Position numbers and translations under genes: made by a program. A stretch of 63,714 nt of DNA, the filler included, from Octopus bimaculoides (lineage: Eukaryota): assembly GCF_001194135.2 (NCBI RefSeq). It is 3 parts of one record of this genome, joined end to end, with 100 filler letters (N's around TTAATTAATTAA, not from the genome) between each part and the next. Parts side by side here need not be neighbours in the genome. Positions count along the whole stretch, not along the records: positions 16,592 to 42,712 come from NC_068982.1; positions 42,813 to 63,714 come from NC_068982.1; 1 more part is not named here. One strand, written 5' to 3'. Below the pieces are notes generated by a model. It saw only the letters and a list, made by a program, of their open reading frames with translations, did no database searches and was not told where the DNA came from. Below are positions 35,626 to 49,912 of the stretch, piece by piece (position 1 is the stretch's first letter; each line of letters opens with the position of its first letter).

Positions 35626-36307
35626 AATATTATCTTTGCCATCTGATTGCAATTCAATTGTACTCATCCTCTTCATCATCATCATTTAATGTTTGTCTTC
35701 CATCTGTTGGATAGTTTGACAGAATCTGACACTAGAGAACTGTATCATGCTCTAATAGTTTCTACAGCTGGATTCCATCTCTGATGCCAACCACTTTACA
35801 GATTGTGCTGTGAGTTTTGTTCATGGTACCATGTAGCTTGCAAAACTGATGGAGTGAAACTACAGTAAAGAGAGGGAGGAAGCATTATGCTAGGAGCTGA
35901 GTGGTTAAAGTATGAAAGGAAGTAAAATGATAATAATACACATGCATTTATAAGGCAGTAAGCTGGCAGAATCATTAGCATGTTGGGCAATGTGCTTAGC
36001 AGCATTTCGTCTATCTTTATGTTCTGAGTTCAAATTCCACTGAGGCTGACTTTGCCTTTCATCTTTTTGGGGTTGATAAAATAAGTACTAGTTGAGTACT
36101 GGGGTCAGTGTAATTGACTTACTCCCTCCGGCGTGCTTGCTGGCCATGAGCAAAAATTTGAAACCAATATATATATATATATATACAGGTTATATTTTTA
36201 TTTTTAATTGGCTAAAATTACAAAGTAACTTAAGTGCCAAGTGTTAGATAAGTACCATACATAAAACTCTGGGCCTTGAGTCACTTTGTAACTTCTGATT
36301 AAAAATA

Positions 36308-36381
<74 letters not shown>

Positions 36382-36966
36382 ATGTATATATATATATATA
36401 AATAAGGGTAAAGAGTAAAGACCCCCTTTAGTCACAAATGACCTAGAAAGTTCCTCTCCGAGGCACAAGTTTGGGTATGGTTGTTTATAGAAGACCAGCA
36501 GTCACCCATGCATACCAGCCTCCCCTCTCCATGCCACCAATGTTATCCAAGGGAGAGGCAAAAGTCGATACATCTTGGCATCAGTGACATTGCAACTCAT
36601 TTCTACAGCTGAGTGAACTGGAGGAATCAAACTCATTACCTCATAATTGTGAGCCCGATGCTCTAACCACTGTTTTGAGCTCTACACATCCTGTTTGTAC
36701 TACCAGACCTATATATCATCATTATCGTTTTAACATCCACTTTTCTATGCTTGCATGAGAGAGGTGGAATTTTTTGAGACAAATTTTCTATGGTCCTTCC
36801 TGTTGCAAACCCTTAACTGTTTTCTAGCAAGGTAATGTTCCCCCATAGTCAGACATGCTTTTCATGGAAGACAGAAAACAAACAAACAGCATCACTGCAT
36901 GATGGTGATGTTCATTTACGATCATCGTATGATGTCTAAACAAAGATAAACACACACACACACACG

Positions 36967-37063
<97 letters not shown>

Positions 37064-37149
37064 ACATGCATACTTATATATGATGATTGTGCCATCTTCA
37101 CTGATAATTGCCACCTCCTTGTGCTTCCTTGCTGTCATTAGCACATCTT

Positions 37150-37330
37150 ATTTTCCACCCATGACCCCCTCAGATGACAATTCAGTCCCACTGCAAATCT
37201 GCATGGTTTGGAGCATAGGTGACTATCAAAGTCATAACTTACTGTATGCTTTCAACTGGTTAGATCTGTACACATTGCCACTCTTCCATTGCCATAGAAT
37301 CTGCAATAGATTGAATGACAAATAAGATCA
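37150..37330 (-). mobile_element. Possible ancient LINE AP-endonuclease remnant
   Basis: Stop-ridden translation containing LIVTYAPNH (YAP motif). Weak. Confidence 0.25.
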
Positions 37331-38593
37331 CCAGAGAGAGACATCTACACATTATTGGATAATGATAAATGCTTATACAACACAAATACTGCTCTCTGAG
37401 TCACCATGATTAGTACTTAGAGATAGGACAAAGTGAGATGACCAATAATCATGTGAAGCTGCAGGTTTCACATCAGAATGTACATCTGGAAGGGTGCCGT
37501 GACATCAGCTAGGGGTCCCTCATTCCTGCTGCTTTTACTGTATGACCTGACACCAATGAAGAGTATTTCTGTGTCCCTGTGCTCAGATGCAATGGCATCA
37601 CATATGTTAGTTAACCCATAGCACCTGACGGGTGCCACTGCCCTGAGTTGGAGTTGACCTGGGAATATAATGCAAGTGTTACAAAAGTATTTTGAGATTT
37701 ATAAGTGTAACTGAGGATGGCACCATGTCTCCTTGAGCTTGTTAACTCCTTTAACAGTCAATTTTTCTTTACAGTATTAAATAGATTGTAACCTCATTTA
37801 CTTCCAGATACTTTGCTGTAGCGCTTATCATTGGAGACACATGAAAAGATAACTTATTGCCATCACAACATGGTGTCTTGCTTATAGTTCTTTTGCAGAC
37901 ATAAATATTTATCTTTGTGAATTTTATATCAATATATCAAAAAATTGTGGCTTCTTTTATTGTTCTAATTCTGTAAGTAGTATGTTGTATATGTATGTAT
38001 GTATCTCTCTCTCTCTCTCTGTATATATATATATATANNNNNNNNNNNNNNNNNNNNNNNNNNNNNNNNNNNNNNNNNNNNNNNNNNNNNNNNNNNNNNN
38101 NNNNNNNNNNNNNNNNNNNNNNNNNNNNNNNNNNNNNNNNNNNNNNNNNNNNNNNNNNNNNNNNNNNNNNNNNNNNNNNNNNNNNNNNNNNNNNNNNNNN
38201 NNNNNNNNNNNNNNNNNNNNNNNNNNNNNNNNNNNNNNNNNNNNNNNNNNNNNNNNNNNNNNNNNNNNNNNNNNNNNNNNNNNNNNNNNNNNNNNNNNNN
38301 NNNNNNNNNNNNNNNNNNNNNNNNNNNNNNNNNNNNNNNNNNNNNNNNNNNNNNNNNNNNNNNNNNNNNNNNNNNNNNNNNNNNNNNNNNNNNNNNNNNN
38401 NNNNNNNNNNNNNNNNNNNNNNNNNNNNNNNNNNNNNNNNNNNNNNNNNNNNNNNNNNNNNNNNNNNNNNNNNNNNNNNNNNNNNNNNNNNNNNNNNNNN
38501 NNNNNNNNNNNNNNNNNNNNNNNNNNNNNNNNNNNNNNNNNNNNNNNNNNNNNNNNNNNNNNNNNNNNNNNNNNNNNNNNNNNNNNNNNNNNN

Positions 38594-38632
<39 letters not shown>

Positions 38633-39149
38633 ATATATATACAGAAATTTACAAAAGTGATGGTTTTTCTCTTATCAACAAAGCTAGGTATATAATTTAG
38701 GCACTTCTCTATCAGGGTACTTGAAAATGATCAAACAATGTTACAGACAGAATAAACAATAAAGTTGTGTAAACTGCTGTGCCATAAGATGAAGTACAGT
38801 TCAATGCTTCAGGCAGTGTCCTTTGTTAGAGGAGAAAATCAACATCAGAGATAAAGATTGCCTGGTGCAAGGTTAGCTCTGATCATTTAGCCCAAAGATT
38901 AAAATTATTTCAGTTGCGATCATCAACATTTTGCAATATTCTCAAAATTCGGAGATGCTTGTAGTATTTGTTATTGGAGCCAGAGCCAGCTCAGGGTTGC
39001 TGATGCCCCAGGCAAGCTGAACTTCAGCATGTACAAGCTGACGGTTGTGGAAATTTCCTTGTCTTTGTCACACCCATCTTGGCACCTCCTAGCACATAGT
39101 GCCAGAACCTTGAGCCAGCTCTGATTGGAGAGATGGGAGATAAATAGCT

Positions 39150-39560
39150 ATTGATAGCCATATTCCTTGTCTGGTCAACAATGTTTTCTCAATAACCTAC
39201 CAGATACAAACATTTATTCTAATTAAATCTGTCTTGCAAAAATGTAACTGCTGGTAACTGTCTTTTAATTTCGTGAGTATTATGCAAATATGGCTTGAGG
39301 TCATCAACAAAAACAATGTGAGTAAGAAATTTTTCTCTCTTCTTCAAAACTAGACATGTAGCCTTAACATTTCCTTGACAAAATTGACAAAGGGTTCACT
39401 GCCAGAAGGAATAGCAATAGAAACATGAACAAGCTATTACTTAGAATATTCCTGTCAAAAACCTAGTTCTATTCTATTGATAGTTGGGTGGAACCATGTT
39501 GCTTGCTGTCTGTTTTTCAATGGCATTGACTATAGTATATGGAATCTTGTAATCTAGTAT
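39150..39560 (-). mobile_element. R4/Dong-like RT fragment
   Basis: LLFLLAVNPLS...GY...LTHIVFVDDLKPY...KRQL..V...NKC, matching RT domains 4-6. Confidence 0.75.
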
Positions 39561-39679
39561 CTAAAGGTGATGGGCAGAATCAAAAACCTTTCTTATAATT
39601 AAACCATACTTTCAGTAGACATAAGTGATTCTGCTTCACATTGTTACGGAAAATTTTGTTGTATATGTGCATGAACTAT

Positions 39680-40160
39680 GTGTGTATGTATGTATGTATG
39701 TATGCATGCATGCATGTATGTATACATGCCGATTTGTATGTTTTGTATTATGTATGTATGTATGTATGTATGTATGTATGTAGGTGGGTAGGTAGCTAGG
39801 CAGGTAAATAGGTTGGGAAGGAAGGAGAGAGCTAGGTAGATAAGTAGATAGGTAGGGTAGTAGAAAGGTAAGTAAGTGGGTAGATAGACAAGTAGATTGT
39901 TTTGGTAGGTAGATATGTAAGTAATAGATAAATAGGTAGATGTGTGTGTGCGTGTGTGTGTATGTATGTATGTATGTATGTATGTAGGGAGGTTGTTAGG
40001 CAGGTAGGTAGGTAGATAGGTAGGTAGGTAAGTAGATGTGTAGGAAGTTAGGCAGGTGGTCTAATATGTCAGTAGATAAGTTGGTATGTGTGAAGGTAGG
40101 CAGGTAGACATGAAGGAGGAAGTTAGGTAGATATAGGCAGGTAGGTTGGTAGATGAAGAA
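39680..40160 (+). repeat. (TATG)n and degenerate (TAGG/TAGA)n arrays
   Basis: Tandem tetranucleotide units. Confidence 0.85.
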
Positions 40161-40379
40161 AGAAGTTAAATTCATGAATAAGAAAGCAAGTAGAGTAGTA
40201 ATAGATTGTTTTATTTGAAACTACTCTTATTTGATTGTAAACCTAGACATAGATTGTGGCAGAAAGCTGGCTAAAAGGTCAAGTGAAATTTTCTGACCTT
40301 TAATTGGCTACAGGTCATATAACTCACCTTGTCCTGAAATCACTGGAAAATGTCAAGTACATTGTTAGATGGCAACACA

Positions 40380-40550
40380 GACAAGAATTACAACAACAGC
40401 AGCAGCAGCAGCAGCAGCAATAACAATAGCAACAACAACAACAACAACAACAACAATAACAACAATAACAACAACAAGCGCAATAGCAGTAACAGCAGCA
40501 GCAACAGTGGCAATGACTGCAGCAATCGCTATAGCAATGACAATGAAGTG
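40380..40550 (+). repeat. Degenerate (AAC/AGC)n tract
   Basis: Tandem triplets. Confidence 0.85.
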
Positions 40551-40799
40551 AATTGTGTTATGGACAATAGTTATATTTAGATGGAATTGTAGTAACAGTT
40601 TTAGATGATAGCGGTTTTTGTTTAGAAGAGTGGAGCAGGGGGAAAATAGTGGGTAGTGGTGGTGTTTAACACCTTGTTAACATTGATCAAACAGACCTGT
40701 AATCGAAGACATTCCTGCCATGGATATCTTGACTTTTCTAAAGATACATATGGCAGGATGCAATCTGATGTAGATTTAGCTATTCTTTTTTGACAGACG

Positions 40800-40964
40800 C
40801 AGGAGTGGCTGTGTGGTAAGTAGCTTGCTTACCAACCACATGGTTCCAGGTTCAGTCCCACTGCATGGCACCATGGGCAAGTGTCTTCTATTATAGCCTC
40901 GGGCCGACCAAAGCCTTGTGAGTGGATTTGGTAGACGGAAACTGAAAGAAGCCTGTCGTATATA

Positions 40965-41035
<71 letters not shown>

Positions 41036-41260
41036 GTATGTGTGTTTGTGTGTCTGTGTTTGTCCCCCCACCATCGCTTGACAACTGATGGTGGTGTGTT
41101 TACGTCCCCGTAACTTAACGGTTCAGCAAAAAAGAGTCCGATAGAATAAGTACTATGCTTACAAAAAGAATAAGTCCTGGGGTCGAATTTCTCGACTAAA
41201 GGCTGTGCTCCAGCATGGCCGCAGTCAAATGACTGAAACAAGTAAAAGAGAGAAAGAGAG
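40800..41260 (+). mobile_element. Complete SINE family A (head + (TA)n + tail)
   Basis: GGAGTGGCTGTGTGGTAAG...GGTTCAGTCCC...GAAAGAAGCCTGTCG-(TA)n-TGTGTCTGTGTTTGTCCCCC...GTGCTCCAGCATGGCCGCAGTCAAATGACTGAAACAAGTAAAAGAG. Confidence 0.9.
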
Positions 41261-41664
41261 AAAAGAGGTCAAGCACAACCACATAGAGGCTTACTAGTGG
41301 TTTTCATGGTAAAGGATAAGATGGTTATAGGTGTAGTAGAACGAGTGTTTGCGAGTGCAAGTTAGGACAAAGTAGAAGCAACTTGCTGTCCTAAATTCAG
41401 GTAAAACAACTGAGAAAATCTGGGCAAAACAGAATATCTTTTGATCTTTTTTTAATCTTTTTACTTGTTTCAGTTGTTAGACTGCGGTCACCTTGAGAAA
41501 TTTGTAGTCAAATTAATCGATTCCTGTAAATTTTTTCCTTTTTTAAAGCCTGGTACTTATTGTATTGGTGTTTTTTGCCGAACTGCTGTGTCATGAAGAT
41601 GTAAACACACCAACACTAGTTGTCAAGTGGTGGTGGGGAACAAACACAGACACACAGACACAGG

Positions 41665-42225
41665 GGGATGAAAGGCAAAGTCAATCTTGGTGAAATTTAA
41701 ACCCAGAACTTAAAGATGGATGAAATGCTGCTAAGCATTTTGCCCAGCTTACTAATGATTCTGCCAGCTCTAATAATCCTTTCTGTTATAGGCACAAGGC
41801 CTGAAATTTTGGGGATTAGTCGATTACATCGACCCCAGTACTCAACTGCCACTTATTTTACTGACCTCAAAAGACTGAAAGGCAAAGCTGACCTCAGTAG
41901 CATTCAAACTCAGAACATAAAGACAGGCAAAATGCCACCAAGCATTTTACCCAGCATGCTAACAATTCTGCCAGATTGCTGCCTTCTCTCTCAGCTCTAA
42001 TAATTCTTTCTACTAAAGGCACAAGGCCTGAAATTTGGGGGGAGGGGACTAGTTGATTACATTGACCCCAGTGTTTTACTGGTACTTATTTTGCTAACCC
42101 TGAAAGGATGAAAGGCAAAGTCAACCTCAGCAGAATTTGAACTCAGATCATAAAGACAGATGAAATGCCGCTAAACATTTTGCTCTGCATGCTAACAATT
42201 CTGCCAGTTAGCCGCCTTCTCTTCA
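41665..42225 (-). mobile_element. Three tandem SINE family B copies, CpG-decayed
   Basis: Repeated GGCACAAGGCCTGAAATTT...GAAAGGCAAAG...CTAACAATTCTGCCAG. Confidence 0.85.
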
Positions 42226-42712
42226 GCTCTAATAATAACAACAAATTAATTGCCATCTAATTGTTTACCAAAATTCTTGGTAAATAATATTCTTAAATTT
42301 GTCACCATTAGGTTTGTCTTTTGCAACACTATCAGAATTAACCCATTTCTTGTTACATTCCAGCCTCATTTTTGTATTCATTACAGAAAATCCCTATGCT
42401 TTCTATATTAAGCCATTGATATAACAATGTTTGTATAGTTTCCAGGGATAGAAAATCAAGCACAATCACTCTGAAATCTATTTACAGTAAAGCTAATCAT
42501 CACCAAGAAGCTTGTTCTTTCACCATCATGTGTCCTGTTGTTGTTGCTGGACATCAAATCGAAATTGTCTACTTTAAATCTCATCAAGGGAAAAAAATAA
42601 TTTGAACTGTTACAAACACACTCTGATTACAAAAGAAAACACATGAGGATGTCATTGTTGGTCTGACTTTGACTTTTATACATCAATGCCTGAACAACAA
42701 TCTCAACCAACA

Positions 42713-42812
42713 NNNNNNNNNNNNNNNNNNNNNNNNNNNNNNNNNNNNNNNNNNNNTTAATTAATTAANNNNNNNNNNNNNNNNNNNNNNNNNNNNNNNN
42801 NNNNNNNNNNNN
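42713..42812. other. Artificial scaffold join: N44 + TTAATTAATTAA + N44
   Basis: Identical to 16492-16591. Confidence 0.9.
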
Positions 42813-42846
<34 letters not shown>

Positions 42847-43557
42847 TATATGCGCAGATGTGGCTGTGTAGCGAGAATTTTACTTCCCAATCACATGGTT
42901 TCTGGTTCAGTCCCACTGCGTAGCACTTTGGGCAAATGTCTTTAACTACACATTTGCACACATACATATACATATACACACATATATATATACACATATA
43001 TATATGCGCATGTATACACTAACATACATACTATACATACATATATACACACATTCATACATATGTATAGACACACACACACATATATATACACACACAC
43101 ATAAATACATACATACACATACACACACACACACATGCACACAAGGTGACCCAAAAAGTATAAACACACTTTGACAGCAGATAATTCATCTTTTATTTGT
43201 GTTGAGATTTAACCCAGTATAAATAATGAAGTGAGATGGGGTGCTGCCTTCACGATCTAGCGGTCGTGATTTCAATTTTTTAGTTGAAAACGTCCAAAAG
43301 ACAGAAACCGGCACTAAAATGTACTTCATGATAAAATTATTTTAGCATTTTCTATTTTGTCTTATTTCCCTTATACATACCAACTCGTGTGTTACGTTTC
43401 TACCTTACACACACACACACACACTCACACACACACACTCACACACACACACACACACACTCACACACACACACATAGATACATACACACACACTTATAC
43501 GAGTATGTGCATGTATGTATACATATCTATGTATATAAATGTATACATATGATATTA

Positions 43558-43920
43558 CTCTTTACTTGTTTCAGTCTTTTGACTGTGGCCATGCTGGAGC
43601 ACCGCCTTTAGTCGAGCAAATCGACCCCAGGACTTATTCTTTGGAAGCCTAGTACTTATTCTTTTCGGTCTCTTTTGCCGAACCGCTAAGTTACAGGGAC
43701 ATAAACACACCAGCATCGGTTGTCAAGCGATGTTGGGGGGACAAACACAGACATACAAACACATACACACATACATATATATATACATATATACGACAGG
43801 CTTCTTTCAGTTTCCGTCTACCAAATCCACTCACAAGGCATTGGTCGGCCCGAGGCTATAGTAGAACCCGGGACCATGTGGTTGGTAAGCAAGCTACTTA
43901 CCACACAGCCACTCCTACGC
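43558..43920 (-). mobile_element. Complete SINE family A
   Basis: Reverse complement of the 40800-41260 architecture with a shorter head. Confidence 0.9.
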
Positions 43921-44679
43921 CTATATGTATACTTATCTATGTATATAAATTCTTTCAAATTTTGCTTTTGTTATATTTATTCGAATTCCAAAGAAACCCT
44001 CTCAAACACATGGCTATGATACTCCCTACTGCACCTGCGCAAGATCAGACATGCACATAATCAGCGACTAAGGGAGATGCTCAAATGCTTACGGTCAGGC
44101 AACCGACAAGTAAATCTGTGGTATTGAGCAGAATATTTACTATAACGATATTTCTGCTTCAGCAGCTCAGTGCTGAATGTGTCTGAAATGTAATGCAAAA
44201 CAGGTCAGTTTCAAAACATTGATGTCCAGGTCAAAAAAGCAATGTTTAAAGAGAACAATAATCATTTCCTTTGATTTCTAGATAAAAGCAGATAGGAAAT
44301 AGCACTTAGTGACCGCAGATAAAAAAAACAAAAAGAAATAAAGAAAACAGTATAATTCAGTCAATGATTAACATCCAACGAAAATGAAAATCAATCCCCA
44401 ACCAAGTAAGCCTGAAACAAAAGTTGTGTATTTGAAGGGACATGAAAGGTGTCGCCAATCATGAAGTGTTAAACCAAAACGAAGCAGTAAATGCGGAGAC
44501 ATAATGTCGACTAAAAGTACTGCACAAAAAAAGACAAAACAAAATAAAAAAACAACTAAAAACCCCAGAAAAACGTGCTTGTCATTGTTGAATCTTAACG
44601 GCATGTTGCTCTTATATGTTAATGCCAGACCAAATTTTGCCCAAGACACTCAAAAAAGGATTATGGTACTAAATATGTA

Positions 44680-44905
44680 AGTTTTGTCTCACCCAGCCTA
44701 CTCCCTCGATCTTGCTCATCCGACAATCATCTTTTCAGATCATTGCAATTTTATTTCCAGGAAAAATAACTTGTTAATTTTGAAAAGGTTAAATATGATA
44801 CTGAAAGTTATTTTGCTTCCAAACCAGAAAAATTTTACGCCCGAGGGATCATCAATTTGCTACATACATATGATTATGTTATCAATGAAAAAAAAAGACC
44901 ATCTG
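44680..44905 (+). mobile_element. Mariner transposase C-terminal remnant
   Basis: LSHPAYSLDLA.D.HLFRSLQ...SYFASKPEKFYARGI. Confidence 0.7.
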
Positions 44906-45364
44906 AAGATGGATATATTTATTTCCCATCTTGAAATGCGACGGGATTGTTTTTCCAATCTAAATATGTAAATCAGCCCCAGCGGAAATCTTGGCGTGAT
45001 CCAGATATATGTGAGAACCACGTACGTGCCTTTTTCCCCAAAACCTCACAAATATATTAGTTATTGATAACGAAAGGTGGAAAAACGAAGTTCACCTCGA
45101 AGAGATTTGAACACAGAACTCCCGAACAAATACCGTAAGGCATTCAAACTAAAGTTCTAACTTCTCTGCCAATTCATAGCCTGGACTATAATAAGCTCGT
45201 ATTTCTAATGTTTATAATCAATTTAGAGATGTGACTTGAAAACGTTTAAAATAGTTACGAAAATATTTGCCCATTACATACGTTATTCTCTAATGTTTAA
45301 ATTAAAACGTTGACTGAAATATTTTGAAGGAAATTAAATCTCTCTCTCTCTCTATGTATGTATG

Positions 45365-45406
<42 letters not shown>

Positions 45407-45825
45407 ATATATATATTATATATGTAAATAGTATATTTATATATGAAATTATTTATATACATATATTATATATAAAGACATAAAATAGCATATATGTGTG
45501 TATAATTATACAAATATATTAAAATATATAATTATAATATACTCCTCAATCCTGTTTCCTCTCTGCAACAACCGTTTCTTTTTCTGACTGTCTTTCTCTT
45601 TGATTTTTCTCTCATTCTTCCTTTATTTTCTTTCTATCTACTCTCTTAAATTTCCAAAGCGTTTCCGTTTCTGAAGTTGCTTAATCATTTTTGAATTAAC
45701 TGGTTAGCAGATTTTTTCCCCACAATTTTCCCAAAATTAAAACAAACAAGAGTTTATATTAATTTTTCTATATTTTTTCTCTCAAGGCATCAAGGCACAC
45801 TCTTCACCGTACGCTCACTTGTCTG

Positions 45826-45878
<53 letters not shown>

Positions 45879-46649
45879 AGTGACGCCCATCCATTGTCCA
45901 AGGTCTCCGTGGTCCTTTTTTTGTAGGATTTTTCTTCCCACGGATAACCTTACCTGTTTTTGTTAATACGAACATTAACATTTTTTAAATTTCACTTTTC
46001 GAAATTTTCGACTTTATTAACAAAAACTTTTTTTTTAAGAAGAAACAATTCTACATTGTATTGTTCCCTCTATATTGAGACCCGTGTGTCTAATAAAAGA
46101 AATCTATCTATCTATCAGCTTGTCTGTGTCTGTTGTGTGGTTCTGTTTTACTCGTAAATTCCTTTGTCGTCCCTCTGTGCCACCCATTTCATTATATATA
46201 TATATACATGCGTNNNNNNNNNNNNNNNNNNNNNNNNNNNNNNNNNNNNNNNNNNNNNNNNNNNNNNNNNNNNNNNNNNNNNNNNNNNNNNNNNNNNNNN
46301 NNNNNNNNNNNNNNNNNNNNNNNNNNNNNNNNNNNNNNNNNNNNNNNNNNNNNNNNNNNNNNNNNNNNNNNNNNNNNNNNNNNNNNNNNNNNNNNNNNNN
46401 NNNNNNNNNNNNNNNNNNNNNNNNNNNNNNNNNNNNNNNNNNNNNNNNNNNNNNNNNNNNNNNNNNNNNNNNNNNNNNNNNNNNNNNNNNNNNNNNNTAT
46501 ATATATATATATATATATCCGAGAGCCGAATGAAATAGGAGAGTTAAAGTAGTTATTTTTTATATCACAACATCATAAATTTCATAATCTTAACATGTGT
46601 TTCACTAGTTTATATTAGTATGTATTGCGGTAATTATAACATACCAATG

Positions 46650-47080
46650 TTTTAGTCTAGAACTCTTAATCCTTAGAGTGCTTGCTGATTCCCTACAAGG
46701 TTTAAGTAATGCCTGCGGTGGAGTACTGCTACACACACTGACATCCTGGGTTGAAGTCAGAAGGACCACTCGGCTGATTGGCATTTCATCCCTAATTGAC
46801 ATATTCCAACCAATGTGTGCTGTCTCTTCTCACTGCCTTTTCTATTGCTACCATAATAACCTCTGTTCCTCGGAGTTGGTTGGTGTCGTACCTCCACCAC
46901 TCAGTCATCTTGCTTCCCCTCTTCTTCCTACCCTTATCGCATCTAACTTTCCCGTTCCCTCCACTGATCCAATCATTCTTCCACTTTTCCCCAAATATCG
47001 GTTTTCTGAAACCTCTTCTTGGCTCGTGTCTTTCCGACAGATGTTGATCTACAACAATATAAACAGTACATTGATGGTAA
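46650..47080 (+). mobile_element. L2/CR1-group LINE C-terminal remnant
   Basis: CLFYCYHNNLCSSELVGVVPP resembles the LFY.Y..G.CS.EL...P motif downstream of the RT in L2/CR1-group elements. Confidence 0.5.
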
Positions 47081-48789
47081 CAGTTTCAGAGATCAAGTAA
47101 AGGCTATTAACTCTGTCCCTTCCTCCAAACTTTTCAAGCAGAAAATATAAAAAACAAACAATGCATATATGCACACACATGCATAAGAATCTGGAGATTG
47201 TAAGCAAAATTATTCCAATCAAGGCCAAATCATTACCTCTTTATCCAGGACTGTATTAATATGTGCACGTGGACCATAATTTTTTAAAAGTGACATGTGA
47301 TTTGAGGGATACTCATCTGTTGTTTTTAGCAGCTCCAGCAACCACGCAGAGGTTTACCAGCTGCTTCGTGGAACATCACTGTTGATGTGGTTTATGTATT
47401 GTCATAAACCATAAAACATTTGGAGAAACAAATTTGCAAACGATTTTTTTGTTTTATAATCAATTGTAAATAGTCTCTTTTACTTTTGCTTGGTATATAT
47501 ATTCAACGAATTTAATAATTTCTAATGTATAAGTCTAGCACTAATGCCTGGGTGGGATTCGAACCACAACACTTTGTCACTACTCCGAGTTCTTTCGCTC
47601 AGCAACTCTTCATCTGAAGTAGGGTCTGGGAGGATCTTGTTCGCATCAAATCATAACCGGATGAAAAAACAACCGACAAAAATACTGATTAGTCCTCATG
47701 ACTAAAACCGTTATTTAATAAAATTTTCATACTTATGAATCGGAAAAATTACAAATTCCTTACTTCTCGCGGTACACGAACAAACTCAAATGTTATGTAC
47801 TTTCAAGTGACCACTGATATCAAAACATTTCCCACAGATCTGGTCTAAATGACTGCCACGTTACAAGCAGCGACACAGTGAAGCATTTATTATCAACGAA
47901 TGAACACAAACATATTTGTGTACGTGTTCGCGAGCGCCTATGAAATTAGTGCGTGGCCTTTCATTTTTGCGTCTTAGTTTGAAAAACATCTGGTTAATCG
48001 GTTAACCAATTTAATGTTCAGTCGTACGTATAGTCGAAAGGTCTATTTGGTTAGAAAAGGAAAGGGGTGTTTATTAGATTTTCTGTTCTATAGGAAGAAA
48101 AAAAAAGAGCATAACTGTGCTCTTGACTATCTACGCATTTGCATAGAGGAAAGGTCAAAGACAAGCTAAAATTACTGAATTGATATGTGAAGAAACAAAT
48201 GATTAGAACTTCGTCGCAATTACCTTTATACATTCATTCAAACTCTCCATGAAAACAAGCAACATTTTCAACCGTTTTAGTTGTCCCATCGTGCTTTGTT
48301 GGTTTGATATGTCGTAATTAGCATTAATAGCGGTGCAGTATTTAGCAAAGTCGTTACAGCATCGGAGAAAATGGCTTGTGGTTCTTCTTCTGGATTTAAA
48401 TCTATTGTTGTTTAAGTTCAACGTTTGCTTTCATTCCTTCGGGATCGGTAAGATAGAATATCAGTCAAGTTCTAAGATCGATGGCATCGACTAGCCATGC
48501 TGCTAAAAACAGCTAGCCTTGTTCTTAATTTAGAAGCAATAATTAATTACATGAATTAAGAAGAGGACAAAATCCATGAATTTATCTCCTAGTATGCAAG
48601 AAAGCAAATAAAACGAAAAGCTTTAGCGATAAACAAAGTTTATTAAGATCGACCAATTATCGACAAATTTCGTTAAGTTCATTTAAAGGACGGATAGTAA
48701 GCCGACAACATTACATACATACATACGTACGTACATACATACATACGTACGTACATACATACATACATACATACATACATACATACGTA

Positions 48790-49530
48790 CACATTTGAAG
48801 CGACAAGTCGCATATTTGGCGTGGGAGACTATTTATCGAAAATACGATGAATACTATCTCCATCATTGGAGCCACAACTATCAACCTTGTTAAATAACTA
48901 GTTAATCTTCAGATGAATTAACTGAGAGAGCCTTTTATTCACTATCGTAGTGATTTTCAACTGAAACTTGAATTTGGCAAGCAGAGAGTTACTACAAGCA
49001 GCATGGCTGGATATAACGTCAACAACACACTCGAGGAACAGAACGAAAACAACAGCTCAACAGGTAAACAAATTTTTTTCTAGCTGTAGTTATGGAAGAA
49101 ACCGTAACTATAAAACTTATTTCTCTTGGAGTTATGAATTGAATAATGATCTATTTAACTGCTACGAAAAAGCGAAACAAAACCCCGCTGTTGGTTATAT
49201 GAAACGATTGAAATCATATTGGGAACAATCCGCACCCTTAATTAAATCATTTTACTGCGAAGCAACTACGGCAACGAGTAACATTTGTAGAATGTAGAAA
49301 AAAAGGTTAGTAACTGTAACTTTATTAAGAAATCGAAAATTAACCTTCTTCTCAACTCTATAAACAAAAACGAAAACGTGAACGATATACGGCCACCACG
49401 AGATTTCGTAGCTAGCGACATTCCAACAGATTCTATAGTGCTGCCAGCCAAACTACATTACCGGCTCAAGTAACTGACCACTGTCCTTTACTACGACTAT
49501 GGTAAATAGCAGGCACAACCGTAACGATTA
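48790..49530 (+). mobile_element. 5' part (UTR and ORF N-terminus) of an R4/Dong-like element between (TACA)n tracts
   Basis: WSYELNNDLFNCYEKAKQNPAVGYMKRLKSYW resembles the N-terminal W..E.N..L..CY......GY.KR...W block of R4-clade ORFs. Confidence 0.65.
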
Positions 49531-49624
49531 TTGTACATACATATTGTACATACATATTGTACATACATATTGTACATACATATTGTACATACATACATAC
49601 ATACATACACACATACATACATAC

Positions 49625-49912
49625 CAACAAGCTTACACAAAAACTTAGTAGTCAGTTTCACGGAAAAAGAGCAAAAAAAAAAGAAATTTTAAATAACGCA
49701 GATTCTCCAAATTCAGTCTATTACTAGCAAAGTGAAGATTTGTAAAACATTCCAAAAGCACTTCATCTAATATTCTTATGTGAATATATGCTCACACCTT
49801 GGTGCATGCATCAACTGTTCAACCAATACACCAACTCAACCACACATTTACAAACACTGGGAACTCTCTTAACTCAAAAAGTCTTGAACTCTTTCAAGAT
49901 CTTAAATCATAC
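49625..49912 (+). mobile_element. 3' fragment of the same R4/Dong-like family as 13870-14112
   Basis: ACGCAGATTCTCCAAAT...GATTTGTAAAACATTCCAAAA...ACACCAAC.CAACCACA...GGAACTCTC.TAACT.AAAAAGTCTTG is shared with 13875-14100; ends in CATACATACATAC. Confidence 0.7.

Noticed and set aside
47545-47600. GGTTCGAATCCCACCCAGGCA, tRNA-like 3' half on the minus strand
   Set aside because: No acceptor-stem partner or D-arm; at most a SINE or tRNA relic.
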